Under the pieces are notes generated by a model. That model was not told where the DNA came from and did no database searches. It saw nothing but the letters and a program-made list of their open reading frames with translations. A DNA stretch of 56,658 nucleotides from Dehalococcoides sp. JdFR-56 (GTDB lineage: Bacteria; Chloroflexota; Dehalococcoidia; Dehalococcoidales; RBG-16-60-22), in NCBI GenBank assembly GCA_002011495.1, contig MTNR01000001.1, forward strand, positions 1 through 56,658. The letters run 5' to 3'. The position numbers were made by a program, and so were the translations under genes. Below are positions 37,510 to 47,047 of this stretch, piece by piece; the stretch's first letter is position 1; each line of letters begins with the position of its first letter.

Positions 37510-38232
37510 ATGGACGACGCCATCAGAATAGAAAAACTCTCCTTCAGCTACCCCGATGGCCACCAGGCCCTTGCCGGGGTCAGCCTGGTCATTGGCCGGG
37601 GGGAATCAGTGGGCATCGCCGGCCCCAACGGGGCGGGGAAGTCCACCCTGCTGCTTCACCTAAACGGCATACTGCGCTCAGATGATGGGGCGGTCAAGGT
37701 CTTGGGGCAGCCCGTGGATGATAAGAACCTGAGGTGGATAAGAAGCAAGGTGGGGCTGGTATTCCAAGACCCGGATGACCAGCTATTCTCGCCGACCGTT
37801 TTTGATGATGTCGCCTTTGGCCCCATCAACATGGGCTATACCGCATCTGAGGTCAAAGAGGCAGTAGCCAGGGCTCTGGACTGGGTTGGCATGAAGGGCT
37901 GTGAGGAGCGCTCTTGCCACCACCTCAGCTTTGGTGAGAAGAAGCGGGTTTCCCTGGCCACCGTCCTGGCCATGGACCCCGAGATACTGGTGCTGGATGA
38001 GCCTACCAGCAACCTTGACCCCGCCGGCAAGTGGGCCCTGATCAGCCTGCTCAAAAAACTGGCCGTGACCAAGATAGTCGCCACCCATGACCTTGAGATG
38101 ATGCAGGCTCTCTGCCAGCGCATCGTCCTCCTGGACCAGGGGCAGGTGGTGGCTGAAGGCCCTGCGGAGAAGATTCTGGCGGATAAGGATTTGCTCGCTG
38201 CCCACGGGCTGCTCTCCGCCGAGCCAGTCTAA
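37510..38232 (+). CDS. nikO: Ni/Co ECF transporter ATPase
   Basis: GPNGAGKST, FQDPDDQLF, LSFGEKKR, LDEPT. Confidence 0.9.
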   Translation: MDDAIRIEKLSFSYPDGHQALAGVSLVIGRGESVGIAGPNGAGKSTLLLHLNGILRSDDGAVKVLGQPVDDKNLRWIRSKVGLVFQDPDDQLFSPTVFDDVAFGPINMGYTASEVKEAVARALDWVGMKGCEERSCHHLSFGEKKRVSLATVLAMDPEILVLDEPTSNLDPAGKWALISLLKKLAVTKIVATHDLEMMQALCQRIVLLDQGQVVAEGPAEKILADKDLLAAHGLLSAEPV

Positions 38233-38414
38233 CCAACCCCTAGCTAGACCCCTTCACCACAAAAGATACCTCACTTCCTCTCTTCATTTGATTTCCTCCG
38301 CAGCGAGAACCGCTCCAAGGTCGCCTGCGCTTTTGCAGAAATGGTATAATTAAGCGCAAAGCAAAGGCCGCTCTCAAGTAAGCCAAACTGTTTATTATTT
38401 TGGAGGTGATTTGG

Positions 38415-39266
38415 GTGAAGAGGTCAGCTCATCTGGCAGAAGGCGCTGATAGCACGCTTTCGGCAAAACTGGAGGCCTTAAAGGGCCTGCTTTCTGAGAT
38501 GGGGAGCGTGCTCATCGCCTATTCTGGCGGGATGGACAGCACCTTTCTGCTCAAAATAGCCTCCAGCGTGCTCGGAGACAAGGTGATGGCGGTAACCGCC
38601 AGCTCAGAAACCTACCCCTCAAGGGAGATGGAGGAAGCCAAGCGTAATGCCCAGATGCTTGGGGTAAGACACCTGGTCATCCATACCTGCGAGCTGGAGG
38701 ATGCCAACTTCACCTCCAACCCCCCGGAGAGATGTTATTACTGCAAGAAAGAGCTGTTCTCCAAGCTGGTGGAACTGGCCCGGCAATATGACCTAAACTA
38801 TGTGGCTGATGGCTCAAACTATGATGACTTGAACGATTTTCGCCCAGGGATGAAGGCAGCCGCCCAGTTTGGCGTGAGGAGCCCGTTAAAGGAGGCCAAG
38901 CTCACCAAAGAGGATATCAGAAGGCTCTCCCGGGAGATGAATCTGCCCACTTGGGATAAACCACCCCAGCCTTGTCTCTCAAGCCGGTTTCCCTACGGCG
39001 CCCCCATCACCAAGGAGAAGCTCTCCCGGGTTGAGCTCGCCGAGGAGTTTTTGATGAGCTTCGGCATCAGGCAGCTGAGGGTGAGAGACCATGGTGACAT
39101 CGCCAGAATAGAGGTTCCCAGGGAGGACATGCCCCTGCTTCTCGATGAGAAAGCGGCCAGGAAAATCGTGGAGCGGTTCAAGGCCCTGGGCTACAACTAC
39201 ATCACGCTGGATATCCAGGGCTACCGCATGGGCAGCATGAACGAGCCACTAAAGAGGGGGAGTTAG
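38415..39266 (+). CDS. larE: Nickel-pincer cofactor sulfur insertase LarE
   Basis: PP-loop SGGMDS, RCYYCK, DFRPG, PCLSSRFPYG. GTG start after GGAGGTGA; extended -10 TGGTATAAT at 38342-38350. Confidence 0.93.
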   Translation: MKRSAHLAEGADSTLSAKLEALKGLLSEMGSVLIAYSGGMDSTFLLKIASSVLGDKVMAVTASSETYPSREMEEAKRNAQMLGVRHLVIHTCELEDANFTSNPPERCYYCKKELFSKLVELARQYDLNYVADGSNYDDLNDFRPGMKAAAQFGVRSPLKEAKLTKEDIRRLSREMNLPTWDKPPQPCLSSRFPYGAPITKEKLSRVELAEEFLMSFGIRQLRVRDHGDIARIEVPREDMPLLLDEKAARKIVERFKALGYNYITLDIQGYRMGSMNEPLKRGS

Positions 39267-39268
39267 CC

Positions 39269-40027
39269 TTGGACAGGGAGAAGATAACCGAGCTTCTGGA
39301 AAAGGTGAGAGAGGGGAAAATCGAGGTCACCGAGGCATTAGGCATGCTGAAATCCCTCCCCTACGAGGATCTTGGCTTTGCCAAGATAGATACCCACCGG
39401 GATCTAAGGAAAGGCTTCCCTGAAGTGATTCTGTGCCGGGGGAAAACCCCGGAGCAGGTGGCCAAAATCATGGAGAGGCTGGCTATGGGCAACAAGTTCG
39501 TCATGGCCACCAAAGCAAGCCAGGACGTTTATCAGGCGGTGAAAAAGGTAAGGCCAGATGCCGTCTACCATGAAATGGCGAAGATAGTAGTCGTCGGCAG
39601 GAAAGAGCGGGAGATGGCGACCAGAACCATCCTGGTGGTCAGCGCCGGAACCGCTGACCTGCCCATCGCCGAAGAGGCCGCGGTCACCGCCGAGGCCATG
39701 GGCAACGCGGTGGAGCGGCTCTATGACGTCGGTGTGGCCGGAGTCCACCGCTTCTTTGACCACAAAGAGAAGCTGTTTGGGGCCAATGTCATCATCGTTG
39801 TCGCTGGGATGGAAGGAGCCCTAGCCAGCATCGTGGGCGGGCTGGTGGATAGACCGGTGATCGCCGTCCCCACCAGCGCCGGCTATGGGGCCAGCTTTGA
39901 GGGGCTGGCGGCGCTGCTGACCATGCTCAACTGCTGCGCACCGGGCGTGGTGGTGGTGAACATAGATAACGGCTTTGGGGCCGGATACTTTGCCAGCATC
40001 ATCAACCAGATGGGCGCGGAGAGATGA
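39269..40027 (+). CDS. larB: Nickel-pincer cofactor carboxylase/hydrolase LarB
   Basis: DLGFAKID.HR, AGTADLP.AEEA, DVGVAG.HR, AGMEGAL, PTSAGYG, VNIDNGFGA. Confidence 0.95.
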   Translation: MDREKITELLEKVREGKIEVTEALGMLKSLPYEDLGFAKIDTHRDLRKGFPEVILCRGKTPEQVAKIMERLAMGNKFVMATKASQDVYQAVKKVRPDAVYHEMAKIVVVGRKEREMATRTILVVSAGTADLPIAEEAAVTAEAMGNAVERLYDVGVAGVHRFFDHKEKLFGANVIIVVAGMEGALASIVGGLVDRPVIAVPTSAGYGASFEGLAALLTMLNCCAPGVVVVNIDNGFGAGYFASIINQMGAER

Positions 40028-41211
40028 AGATAGCCTACTTTGACTGCTTTTCCGGCGTCAGCGGCGATATGATTTTGGGCGCCCTGATTGATGCCGGGCT
40101 GGAACTGCGGGAGCTTGAAGCGGAACTAGATAAACTGAAGCTCTCCGGATACAAGCTCAGCGCGGAGAAAGTAATAAGAGCGGGTATCTCTGGCACCAAG
40201 TTCAGCATGGAGATAACTGAGCAGAGCGGGGAGAGGAGATTAAAGGATATCACCCAACTCATTGACCAGAGCAGCCTGGACAGCGATATCAAAACCTTAG
40301 GCAAGAGGGTATTCCAGGAGCTGGCCACGGTTGAGGCGGAAATCCACGGCAAAGACGCTGCCGAAATACACTTCCATGAAGCCGGGGGGCTTGATTCCAT
40401 CATAGACGTGATTGGTTCCCTGGTCGCCATAAAGAAGCTCGGCATTGAGGCAGTTTACGTATCCAAGATTCACCTCGGCACCGGCTTTGTTCAGTGCCGG
40501 CACGGGATGCTTCCCGTCCCAGCCCCGGCCACATTGGCTCTGCTCAAAGGGGTACCAATCCGCTCCCAAGGTATAGAGGCGGAGCTGGCTACCCCAACTG
40601 GCGTCTCGCTCCTCAGGACCCTAGCCCGGAGCTTTGGCACTATGCCGGAGATGCGGCTGGAGAAGGTGGGCTACGGCGCCGGGAGCCGGGAGCTGGAGAT
40701 ACCAAACCTATTGAGAGTGTACATTGGCGAAGCCGACGAGGGAGAATATGAACGGGACGAGGTTATCCTCATGGAAACGAACCTGGACGACACCAGCCCA
40801 GAGCTGCTGGCCCACGCCTCGGAAGTGCTCCTGAAACAAGGGGCGCTTGACGTCTTCATGACGCCCATCTTCATGAAGAAGAACCGTCCCGGAACCATGC
40901 TCAGCGTTCTGACGACGCCGGATAAGCTTGATATGCTCCTTGCTACCATCTTCAACGAGATAGCCACCCTAGGCGTCCGCCTGCACCATCTGGAAAGGAG
41001 AAAACTCTCCCGCGAAGTCATCTCCGTAGAGACCAGATTCGGGGAGATAAAGGTGAAGATAGGTAGACTGGAGAACAAGGTCAAAGCCATCTCCCCCGAA
41101 TACGAGAGCTGCCGGGAAATCGCGCTGAAATTGGGAATCCCCCTAAAAGAGGTCTACGACGAAGCCAAAGAGATGGCTAGAAAAGCGCTATCCGGGGAAA
41201 AGAGTACCTAA
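40024..41211 (+). CDS. larC: Nickel-pincer cofactor nickel insertase LarC (single ORF)
   Basis: YFDCFSGVSGDM, IHFHE, PVPAPAT, TPTG, ETNLDD, MKKNRPG, PEYES. Confidence 0.93.
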   Translation: MKIAYFDCFSGVSGDMILGALIDAGLELRELEAELDKLKLSGYKLSAEKVIRAGISGTKFSMEITEQSGERRLKDITQLIDQSSLDSDIKTLGKRVFQELATVEAEIHGKDAAEIHFHEAGGLDSIIDVIGSLVAIKKLGIEAVYVSKIHLGTGFVQCRHGMLPVPAPATLALLKGVPIRSQGIEAELATPTGVSLLRTLARSFGTMPEMRLEKVGYGAGSRELEIPNLLRVYIGEADEGEYERDEVILMETNLDDTSPELLAHASEVLLKQGALDVFMTPIFMKKNRPGTMLSVLTTPDKLDMLLATIFNEIATLGVRLHHLERRKLSREVISVETRFGEIKVKIGRLENKVKAISPEYESCREIALKLGIPLKEVYDEAKEMARKALSGEKST

Positions 41212-41263
41212 AATATTATAAATTCCTGAGGCCTTCCCGCTCTCCGGCACTACTTCTCCAGTG

Positions 41264-42201
41264 TTAAGTGCGCTTACCCAGGCGACGACCAAACGCCTGG
41301 TATTCATCCCACATCTGCTGGGGGAGCCTATCGCCAAACTTGGTGAAGAACTCCCCAATCCCTTTGAGCTCCTCGACCCAATCATCCGCGGAAACCTCAA
41401 GCAGCCGGCGCATGGCTTCAGAGGGAAGGTCTAGGCCATCCAAATCAAGCGCCTGAGGGGTGGGCACATAGCCGATGGGTGTCTCTTTAGCCTCAGCCTC
41501 GCCCGCGCAGCGCCGCATTATCCAGTCCAGCACCCGCAGATTCTCGCCAAACCCGGGCCAGAGAAAGCGGCCCTGCTCATCGGTGCGGAACCAGTTAACA
41601 TGAAATATCTTGTGGGTGGTTTGGCCAGGCGCTTGCCCACCTCAAGCCAGTGGCCAAAGTAATCAGCCATGTTGTAACCGCAGAACGGCAGCATGGCCAT
41701 GGGGTCACGCCGCACCTCCCCCAGCTTACCGTACTGGGCCGCGGTGCGTCCGAGGCCATGGTGGCAGCAACCATGTTGAGCACCACGTAAATGCTATCGG
41801 TGAGCTCAACGCCGATCTTGCTGAAAGGTGAGCCAACCGGCCCCATGGAGAAGGGGATGGCGTATATGGTGCGCCCCCGCATGGCACCTTTGAAATAGCA
41901 CCAGCTTTGGCGTAGGCCTCCTCTGGGCTCATCCAGTTATTAGTGGGGCCAGCGTCTTCCTTCTTACGCGTGCAGATATAGTTAGATGCTCGGTGCGGGC
42001 CACGTCATTGATTGCGGTACGATGGTAGACACACCTGGGAAGCTTCTCCTGATTGAGTTGGATGAGCTCCCCAGTGGCAAAAGCTTCCTTCTCCAGGCGC
42101 TCCCGCTCCGCTTCTGAGCCATCGCACCAGTAAATGTCATCGGGCTGACATAGTTCGGCACACTCCTCAACCCACCTCTTCAGGACGGCATGATTTGTCA
42201 C
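41264..42201 (-). pseudogene. pckG: GTP-dependent PEP carboxykinase pseudogene (several frameshifts and a large internal deletion)
   Basis: Fragments in different frames: WCDGS...DVARTE / GPTNNWM / [15 protein letters not shown]...[14 protein letters not shown] joined directly to ATMAS / [15 protein letters not shown] / IFHVNWFR...[14 protein letters not shown]. About 940 nt versus about 1.8 kb for the family. Confidence 0.92.
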
Positions 42202-42496
42202 CGCTGGCCCTTCTCCCTAGTAAAGTATAGTGCCCTAATAAAATTGAAGGGAAGTTTGCCCCTTCGCGAATTTCTGCTTTCCCAGGAAGCAGAAAACTGG
42301 AAATCCTCAACCGTCTGCAACTGTTTCGGTGCCTGTTTTGACAACACTCTAGTTAATCGTGAGATATTTGTCAACTTCTTACCACTTTGGGGGCTATTAA
42401 ACTCTAATCCCTTAATGATATAATTTAAAATGAAGACGAGCCTGCGGCTCGTGAATATGAGGGGGATAAATAGCAGGAGGAAATAGAGGAGCTATC

Positions 42497-42853
42497 ATGA
42501 GCACGAAATGGTTCGCCAGACTAGTTCAGGCAGCTGCCATCACCCTCACCCTGGTCGCCATCTGCCAGGAACTTGAGAAGCCCAAGGAGGAGCGGAAGTG
42601 GCATGGGACAGTCGCCGGCTTCATCCCCTATGACTTCCGGCGCCCCACCCTGGAGAAGTTCAGAGACGCCTACTGGAATCCCTACGAGAGCCGAATTTTC
42701 ACCCCTGAGGTATTTGGCCTGGGCTGGGCCATCAATTTCTACGCCCTGCTGGAAAGGCTGAAGCTGATCGGGCAAAGCATCTCCGAGGAGGATTTCCTCA
42801 TGCCCGGCGAGCACATGCGAGAAGTGCTCACCCACGCCCTGGAGGCGGAATAA
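42497..42853 (+). CDS. Hypothetical protein (DUF5808-like)
   Basis: WHG.VAG.IPYDFRRPT...WNP...IFTP.VFGLGWAINF; GAGGAG SD. Confidence 0.7.
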   Translation: MSTKWFARLVQAAAITLTLVAICQELEKPKEERKWHGTVAGFIPYDFRRPTLEKFRDAYWNPYESRIFTPEVFGLGWAINFYALLERLKLIGQSISEEDFLMPGEHMREVLTHALEAE

Positions 42854-42884
42854 ACTGGGAAAGAAGCCCAGAAAGGAGAAAGCT

Positions 42885-43748
42885 TTGCCCGCCCAAGAGA
42901 CAGCGCAGTTTGTCCTGGAGAGCATTAAGGCCTTTGCCAGCACCAGCTTTCTCAACCGCCTGCCCGCGCCGGAGGAAGGCTTCATCTTTGACCCACCGCT
43001 GGTGCAGTTTGCCGATGGTGATGACCCCGTCTTCCTTGAATATCATGAAGTAGTCAACCCCAGCCACCTCACCCCCCGCCAGGCGCTGGCCCAAGCCTAC
43101 GGCGCCAACCCCGATGATATGCCCAAACACCTCTCCGTCATCAGCTGGATTCTGCCCATCACCAGCCGGACACGGCAGTCCAACCGCCAGCAGACGAAGG
43201 GCCCCTCCCGCCGCTGGGCATACACCCGCTGGTATGGGGAAAAATTCAACGAAGCACTTCGGGAACACGTGGTGAAGCTTCTCACCGAAAAGGGATACCT
43301 AGCAGCAGCGCCGGTGCTGCAACCCTACTTCAAAACTTTCACTAGTGAAAAGGGGCACTACTCCAACTGGTCGGAACGGCACATCGCCTACGCCGCCGGG
43401 CTGGGCACCTTCAGCCTCTCCGATGGCTTCATCACCGAGCGCGGCATCGCCCACCGTTGTGGGAGCGTGGTCACCAACCTAGCGCTGCCAGCCAGCCCGA
43501 GAACAGCCAGCAACCACTATTCAAACTGCCTATTTTATGTCAACCATAAGTGCCTGGCCTGCATCCGCCGCTGCCCCGCCGGGGCCATCACCGAGCGCGG
43601 CCACGACAAAATAAAATGCAGTGAGTACATTGACTCCGAGATAGGCTACCTGAAAGAGGAATACGGGGTGGAGGAAATCGGCTGCGGCCTCTGCCAGACC
43701 AAGGTCCCCTGCGAATTTAAGATACCGGTGAGGAAATCGAACACCTAG
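42885..43748 (+). CDS. QueG-related 4Fe-4S protein (epoxyqueuosine reductase-like family, function uncertain)
   Basis: SNWSERHIAYAAGLGTF, GSVVT, CLACIRRCPAGAI, GCGLCQTKVPCE. Confidence 0.78.
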   Translation: MPAQETAQFVLESIKAFASTSFLNRLPAPEEGFIFDPPLVQFADGDDPVFLEYHEVVNPSHLTPRQALAQAYGANPDDMPKHLSVISWILPITSRTRQSNRQQTKGPSRRWAYTRWYGEKFNEALREHVVKLLTEKGYLAAAPVLQPYFKTFTSEKGHYSNWSERHIAYAAGLGTFSLSDGFITERGIAHRCGSVVTNLALPASPRTASNHYSNCLFYVNHKCLACIRRCPAGAITERGHDKIKCSEYIDSEIGYLKEEYGVEEIGCGLCQTKVPCEFKIPVRKSNT

Positions 43749-45003
43749 CTTCCCCCCACACCCCATCACCGCTGAGCTTCTCCAGCTTTACCGGCATAAG
43801 TCTATTGGTTAAATCCTCAGCGCTCTTGGTATAGACCTTGATGTAGTTCGCAGTGAGGCCAGACCAGACGCCACCCATCTGCTTCTCCCATAATACCGCC
43901 ATCGTCCTACCTAGAAACCGCTGGTGGAAATTTCTGGCGCTCTCCTCAGCCAGCGCCAACATCCGCTGGCGGCGCTCTTTTTTCACTTTATCCCCTACCT
44001 GCTGGGGCATTCTGGCTGCCTCGGTGCCAGGGCGGGGGGAGTAAGGAAAAACATGAATGCGGGCAAATTCCATTCTCCGGCAGAAGCCGAGGCTCTCCTC
44101 AAACTCGGCTTCGGTCTCCCCGGGGAAGCCAACGATGACATCAGTAGTGATGGCTGCCTCAGGCGCCACCTGACGAATCATAGAGACTGCCTGCTGATAC
44201 CTGGCAGTGGTGTAGCGCCGCTTCATGCGGGCAAGCACAGTGTCGCTGCCGCTCTGGAGGGAAAGGTGAAAGTGCGGACAGAGACGCTCATCACGCCACA
44301 GCCCAACAAGCTCCGGGGTGATTTCCTGAGGCTGGAGGGAAGATAGCCTCAGTCTGGCCACATCGGTCTCCGCCAGGATGCGCTCAAGTAGTTCCTTAAG
44401 GCCAGCACCCTGCCAGTTATAGGCGCCAATCTCGGTCCCAGTGAGTACCACCTCTCTGGCACCGAGGGATATCCAGTGCCTGATTTCGGCGATAACCCGC
44501 TCAGGGGGCAGGCTCTCCTCTCTCCTGCGCACCAGGGGCACTACACAGTAAGCGCAGAAACGCTGACAGCCATCCTGAACCTTGATGAAAGCACGGGTCC
44601 GAGAGCCACGATATGGGCAGGCCTGAGCCAAAGGTTGAGGGGGCAAACAGCCGCGCTCCTCCAGGAGGCGCACTAGAGCCTGCTTCTGCTCATTGCCCAG
44701 GACAAGGTCAACTCCCTCAAGCCGAGCCAGCTCCTGGGGGGAGCGCTCCGCATAGCAGCCAACCACCACCAGCCGGGCGCTAGGGTTCTCCCGGTGGGCC
44801 TGCCGCAAGAGATGACGGGACTTGCGGTCTGCAATATGGGTTACCGTGCAGGTGTTCAGGATATAAACATCCGCCTCACCCACCGCGGAGACCAGCTCGT
44901 GCCCAGCCTCAGCTAGTTGCCTGGCCAAAAGCTCCGTCTCCGCCTGGTTGAGCTTGCAGCCCAGGCTATCCAGGGCAACCTTGCTTCGCCTTATTTCGCC
45001 CAT
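43717..45003 (-). CDS. mtaB: tRNA t6A37 methylthiotransferase MtaB
   Basis: LGCKLNQAE, NTCTVT, GCYA, radical-SAM CQRFCAYC, HVFPYSPRPGT. Start approximate. Confidence 0.9.
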   Translation of the reverse strand: MGEIRRSKVALDSLGCKLNQAETELLARQLAEAGHELVSAVGEADVYILNTCTVTHIADRKSRHLLRQAHRENPSARLVVVGCYAERSPQELARLEGVDLVLGNEQKQALVRLLEERGCLPPQPLAQACPYRGSRTRAFIKVQDGCQRFCAYCVVPLVRRREESLPPERVIAEIRHWISLGAREVVLTGTEIGAYNWQGAGLKELLERILAETDVARLRLSSLQPQEITPELVGLWRDERLCPHFHLSLQSGSDTVLARMKRRYTTARYQQAVSMIRQVAPEAAITTDVIVGFPGETEAEFEESLGFCRRMEFARIHVFPYSPRPGTEAARMPQQVGDKVKKERRQRMLALAEESARNFHQRFLGRTMAVLWEKQMGGVWSGLTANYIKVYTKSAEDLTNRLMPVKLEKLSGDGVWGEARCSISSPVS

Positions 45004-45117
45004 TCCAAATCTCATTATACTGTCCAGCTTGCCCAAGGGTCAAAGCTGAGACTCGCTTGCAAATAGCCGGGATTTATGGTAAAAAAGTAGTTAAATCCGC
45101 GGCAAAGGTTTTCCCCT

Positions 45118-45759
45118 ATGAGACATAAAATTCTGGAGAGAATTCCCCAAGAGCAGCTACAACAGGACTTGGAGAGATACCGCCAGCGAGCCATTGAGCT
45201 GGGAGCAACTGACGCCAAGATCATCACCACCGATGAGGTGATCATTGATGAGAGGGTACTGGCCAAATGTACCTACCCCAAATGCCCCAGCTATGGCACC
45301 AACGCCAACTGCCCTCCCCACGCCATGAGCCTGGAGCAGGTGCGAAAGGTGGTCAGTAACTTCAGCTACGGCGTATTCCTCAAGCTTGAGGTGCCACCGG
45401 AGCACACCGCTGGCCAGGAGGCGATAGATAAAGGGTTATTTAACCCCTACCGCAAAAAACTGTCTGAAATTGCCGCCAAGATTGAGGCCGAGGCCTTCTA
45501 TGACGGTTACCACCTGGCGCTGGCCTTTGCCAGCGGCTCGTGTAAAGGCACCTTTTGTCCCGATATTGAGTGTCAGGCCCTGCTCCCGGGGCAACCCTGC
45601 CGATACCCACTCAAGTCCAGGACCTCTATGGAAGGGGCCGGGATGGATGTCTACACCATGGCCACCAAGGTCGGCTGGGATATCTATCCCATCGGCGCCG
45701 CCACATCGCCAGCAGATGTCCCCTGCGGCATGAGGCTGGCGCTGGTGCTCATCTACTGA
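45118..45759 (+). CDS. DUF2284-like Cys-rich metal-binding protein
   Basis: KCTYPKCPSYG...CPP, GSCK..FC...C...CRYP, SMEGAGMDV. Confidence 0.8.
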   Translation: MRHKILERIPQEQLQQDLERYRQRAIELGATDAKIITTDEVIIDERVLAKCTYPKCPSYGTNANCPPHAMSLEQVRKVVSNFSYGVFLKLEVPPEHTAGQEAIDKGLFNPYRKKLSEIAAKIEAEAFYDGYHLALAFASGSCKGTFCPDIECQALLPGQPCRYPLKSRTSMEGAGMDVYTMATKVGWDIYPIGAATSPADVPCGMRLALVLIY

Positions 45760-45793
45760 ATGCTTCTGCTTCAGGAGGGATAGAAAGGAGCCG

Positions 45794-47047
45794 ATGAACA
45801 ATTACCCCAATCGAGTTGTCGTCACCGGGATGGGCATTCTCAGCCCCCTGGGTCTGGATACTGCCACTACCTGGGAGGGCCTCATCGCCGGCAAATCCGG
45901 CATTGACTATATCACCCTGTTTGACCCGGAGTGCGTTGAGACCAAGTTCGCCGGTGAGGTAAAGGGGTTTGAGCCCACTGACTACATGGAGCGCAAGGAG
46001 GCCCGCCGCATGGACCGCTTCGCCCAGCTGGCGGTGGCGGCCAGCCGCCAGGCGGTGGAGCAATCCAGGCTGGAGATCAACCCCTCTAACTGCGATGACA
46101 TTGGTGTCATCATCGGCAGCGGCATCGGCGGGCTGACCACCCTGTTTGAACAGACCAAAGTGCTTCTGGAGAAAGGGCCAGATAAGGTGAGCCCCTTCCT
46201 CGCCCCGATGATGATCGCCGATATCGCCGCCGCCCAGGTCTCAATCGCCCTGAACTTAAGAGGCCCAAACTACTGCACCACCTCAGCCTGCTCCAGCGGC
46301 TCGGATGCCATCGGGGCCGCCTATGAGATCATCAGACACGGCGGAGCGCAGGTCATGCTCGCCGGCGGCACCGAGTCAATCATCAACCCGCTGGGCATCA
46401 CCGCCTTCAACGCCCTAAAGGCCATCTCCACCCGCAATGACGCCCCACAGCTGGCTTCCCGCCCCTTTGATGCCGAGCGTGACGGCTTTGTCATCAGCGA
46501 GGGGGCCTGCGTGCTCGTCCTGGAAAATTTGGAGCACGCCCTGCGCCGCGATGCTGATATTCTGGCGGAGATTCTGGCTTATGGGGCCACGGCCGATTCC
46601 TTTCATGTTACCCAGCCGCTGGAAAATGGGGAGGGTGCCACCAAAGCCATGCAGGTGGCGCTGAAAAAGGCGGGGATCGCCCCTACTGAAATTGATTACA
46701 TCAATGCCCATGGTACCTCCACCCCACTGAATGATGTTATGGAGACCAAAGCCATAAAGAGCGCCTTTGGTGACCACGCCTACCGGATTCCGGTAAGCTC
46801 CACCAAATCAATGACGGGACATCTCATCGGCTGTGCCGGAGCCGCGGAGGCGCTATTCTGTATCCTGGCCATCCAGAATGATATCATCCCACCAACCATC
46901 AACCTCACCAACCCTGACCCAGAGTGCGATTTAGATTACGTGCCCAATGTGGCGCGCCCGGCCAAGGTCACCACCGCCCTCTCCAATTCCTTTGGCTTTG
47001 GCGGCCATAATTCGGTTTTGATCTTTCGAGAATACGCTGAGGCGTGA
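45794..47047 (+). CDS. fabF: Beta-ketoacyl-ACP synthase II
   Basis: RVVVTGMG, SACSSG (catalytic Cys), NAHGTST, KSMTGH, NSFGFGGHN. Confidence 0.96.
   Translation: MNNYPNRVVVTGMGILSPLGLDTATTWEGLIAGKSGIDYITLFDPECVETKFAGEVKGFEPTDYMERKEARRMDRFAQLAVAASRQAVEQSRLEINPSNCDDIGVIIGSGIGGLTTLFEQTKVLLEKGPDKVSPFLAPMMIADIAAAQVSIALNLRGPNYCTTSACSSGSDAIGAAYEIIRHGGAQVMLAGGTESIINPLGITAFNALKAISTRNDAPQLASRPFDAERDGFVISEGACVLVLENLEHALRRDADILAEILAYGATADSFHVTQPLENGEGATKAMQVALKKAGIAPTEIDYINAHGTSTPLNDVMETKAIKSAFGDHAYRIPVSSTKSMTGHLIGCAGAAEALFCILAIQNDIIPPTINLTNPDPECDLDYVPNVARPAKVTTALSNSFGFGGHNSVLIFREYAEA

Noticed and set aside
42885-43748. Reductive dehalogenase
   Set aside because: It is too short, has no twin-arginine signal and has no rdhB anchor gene.
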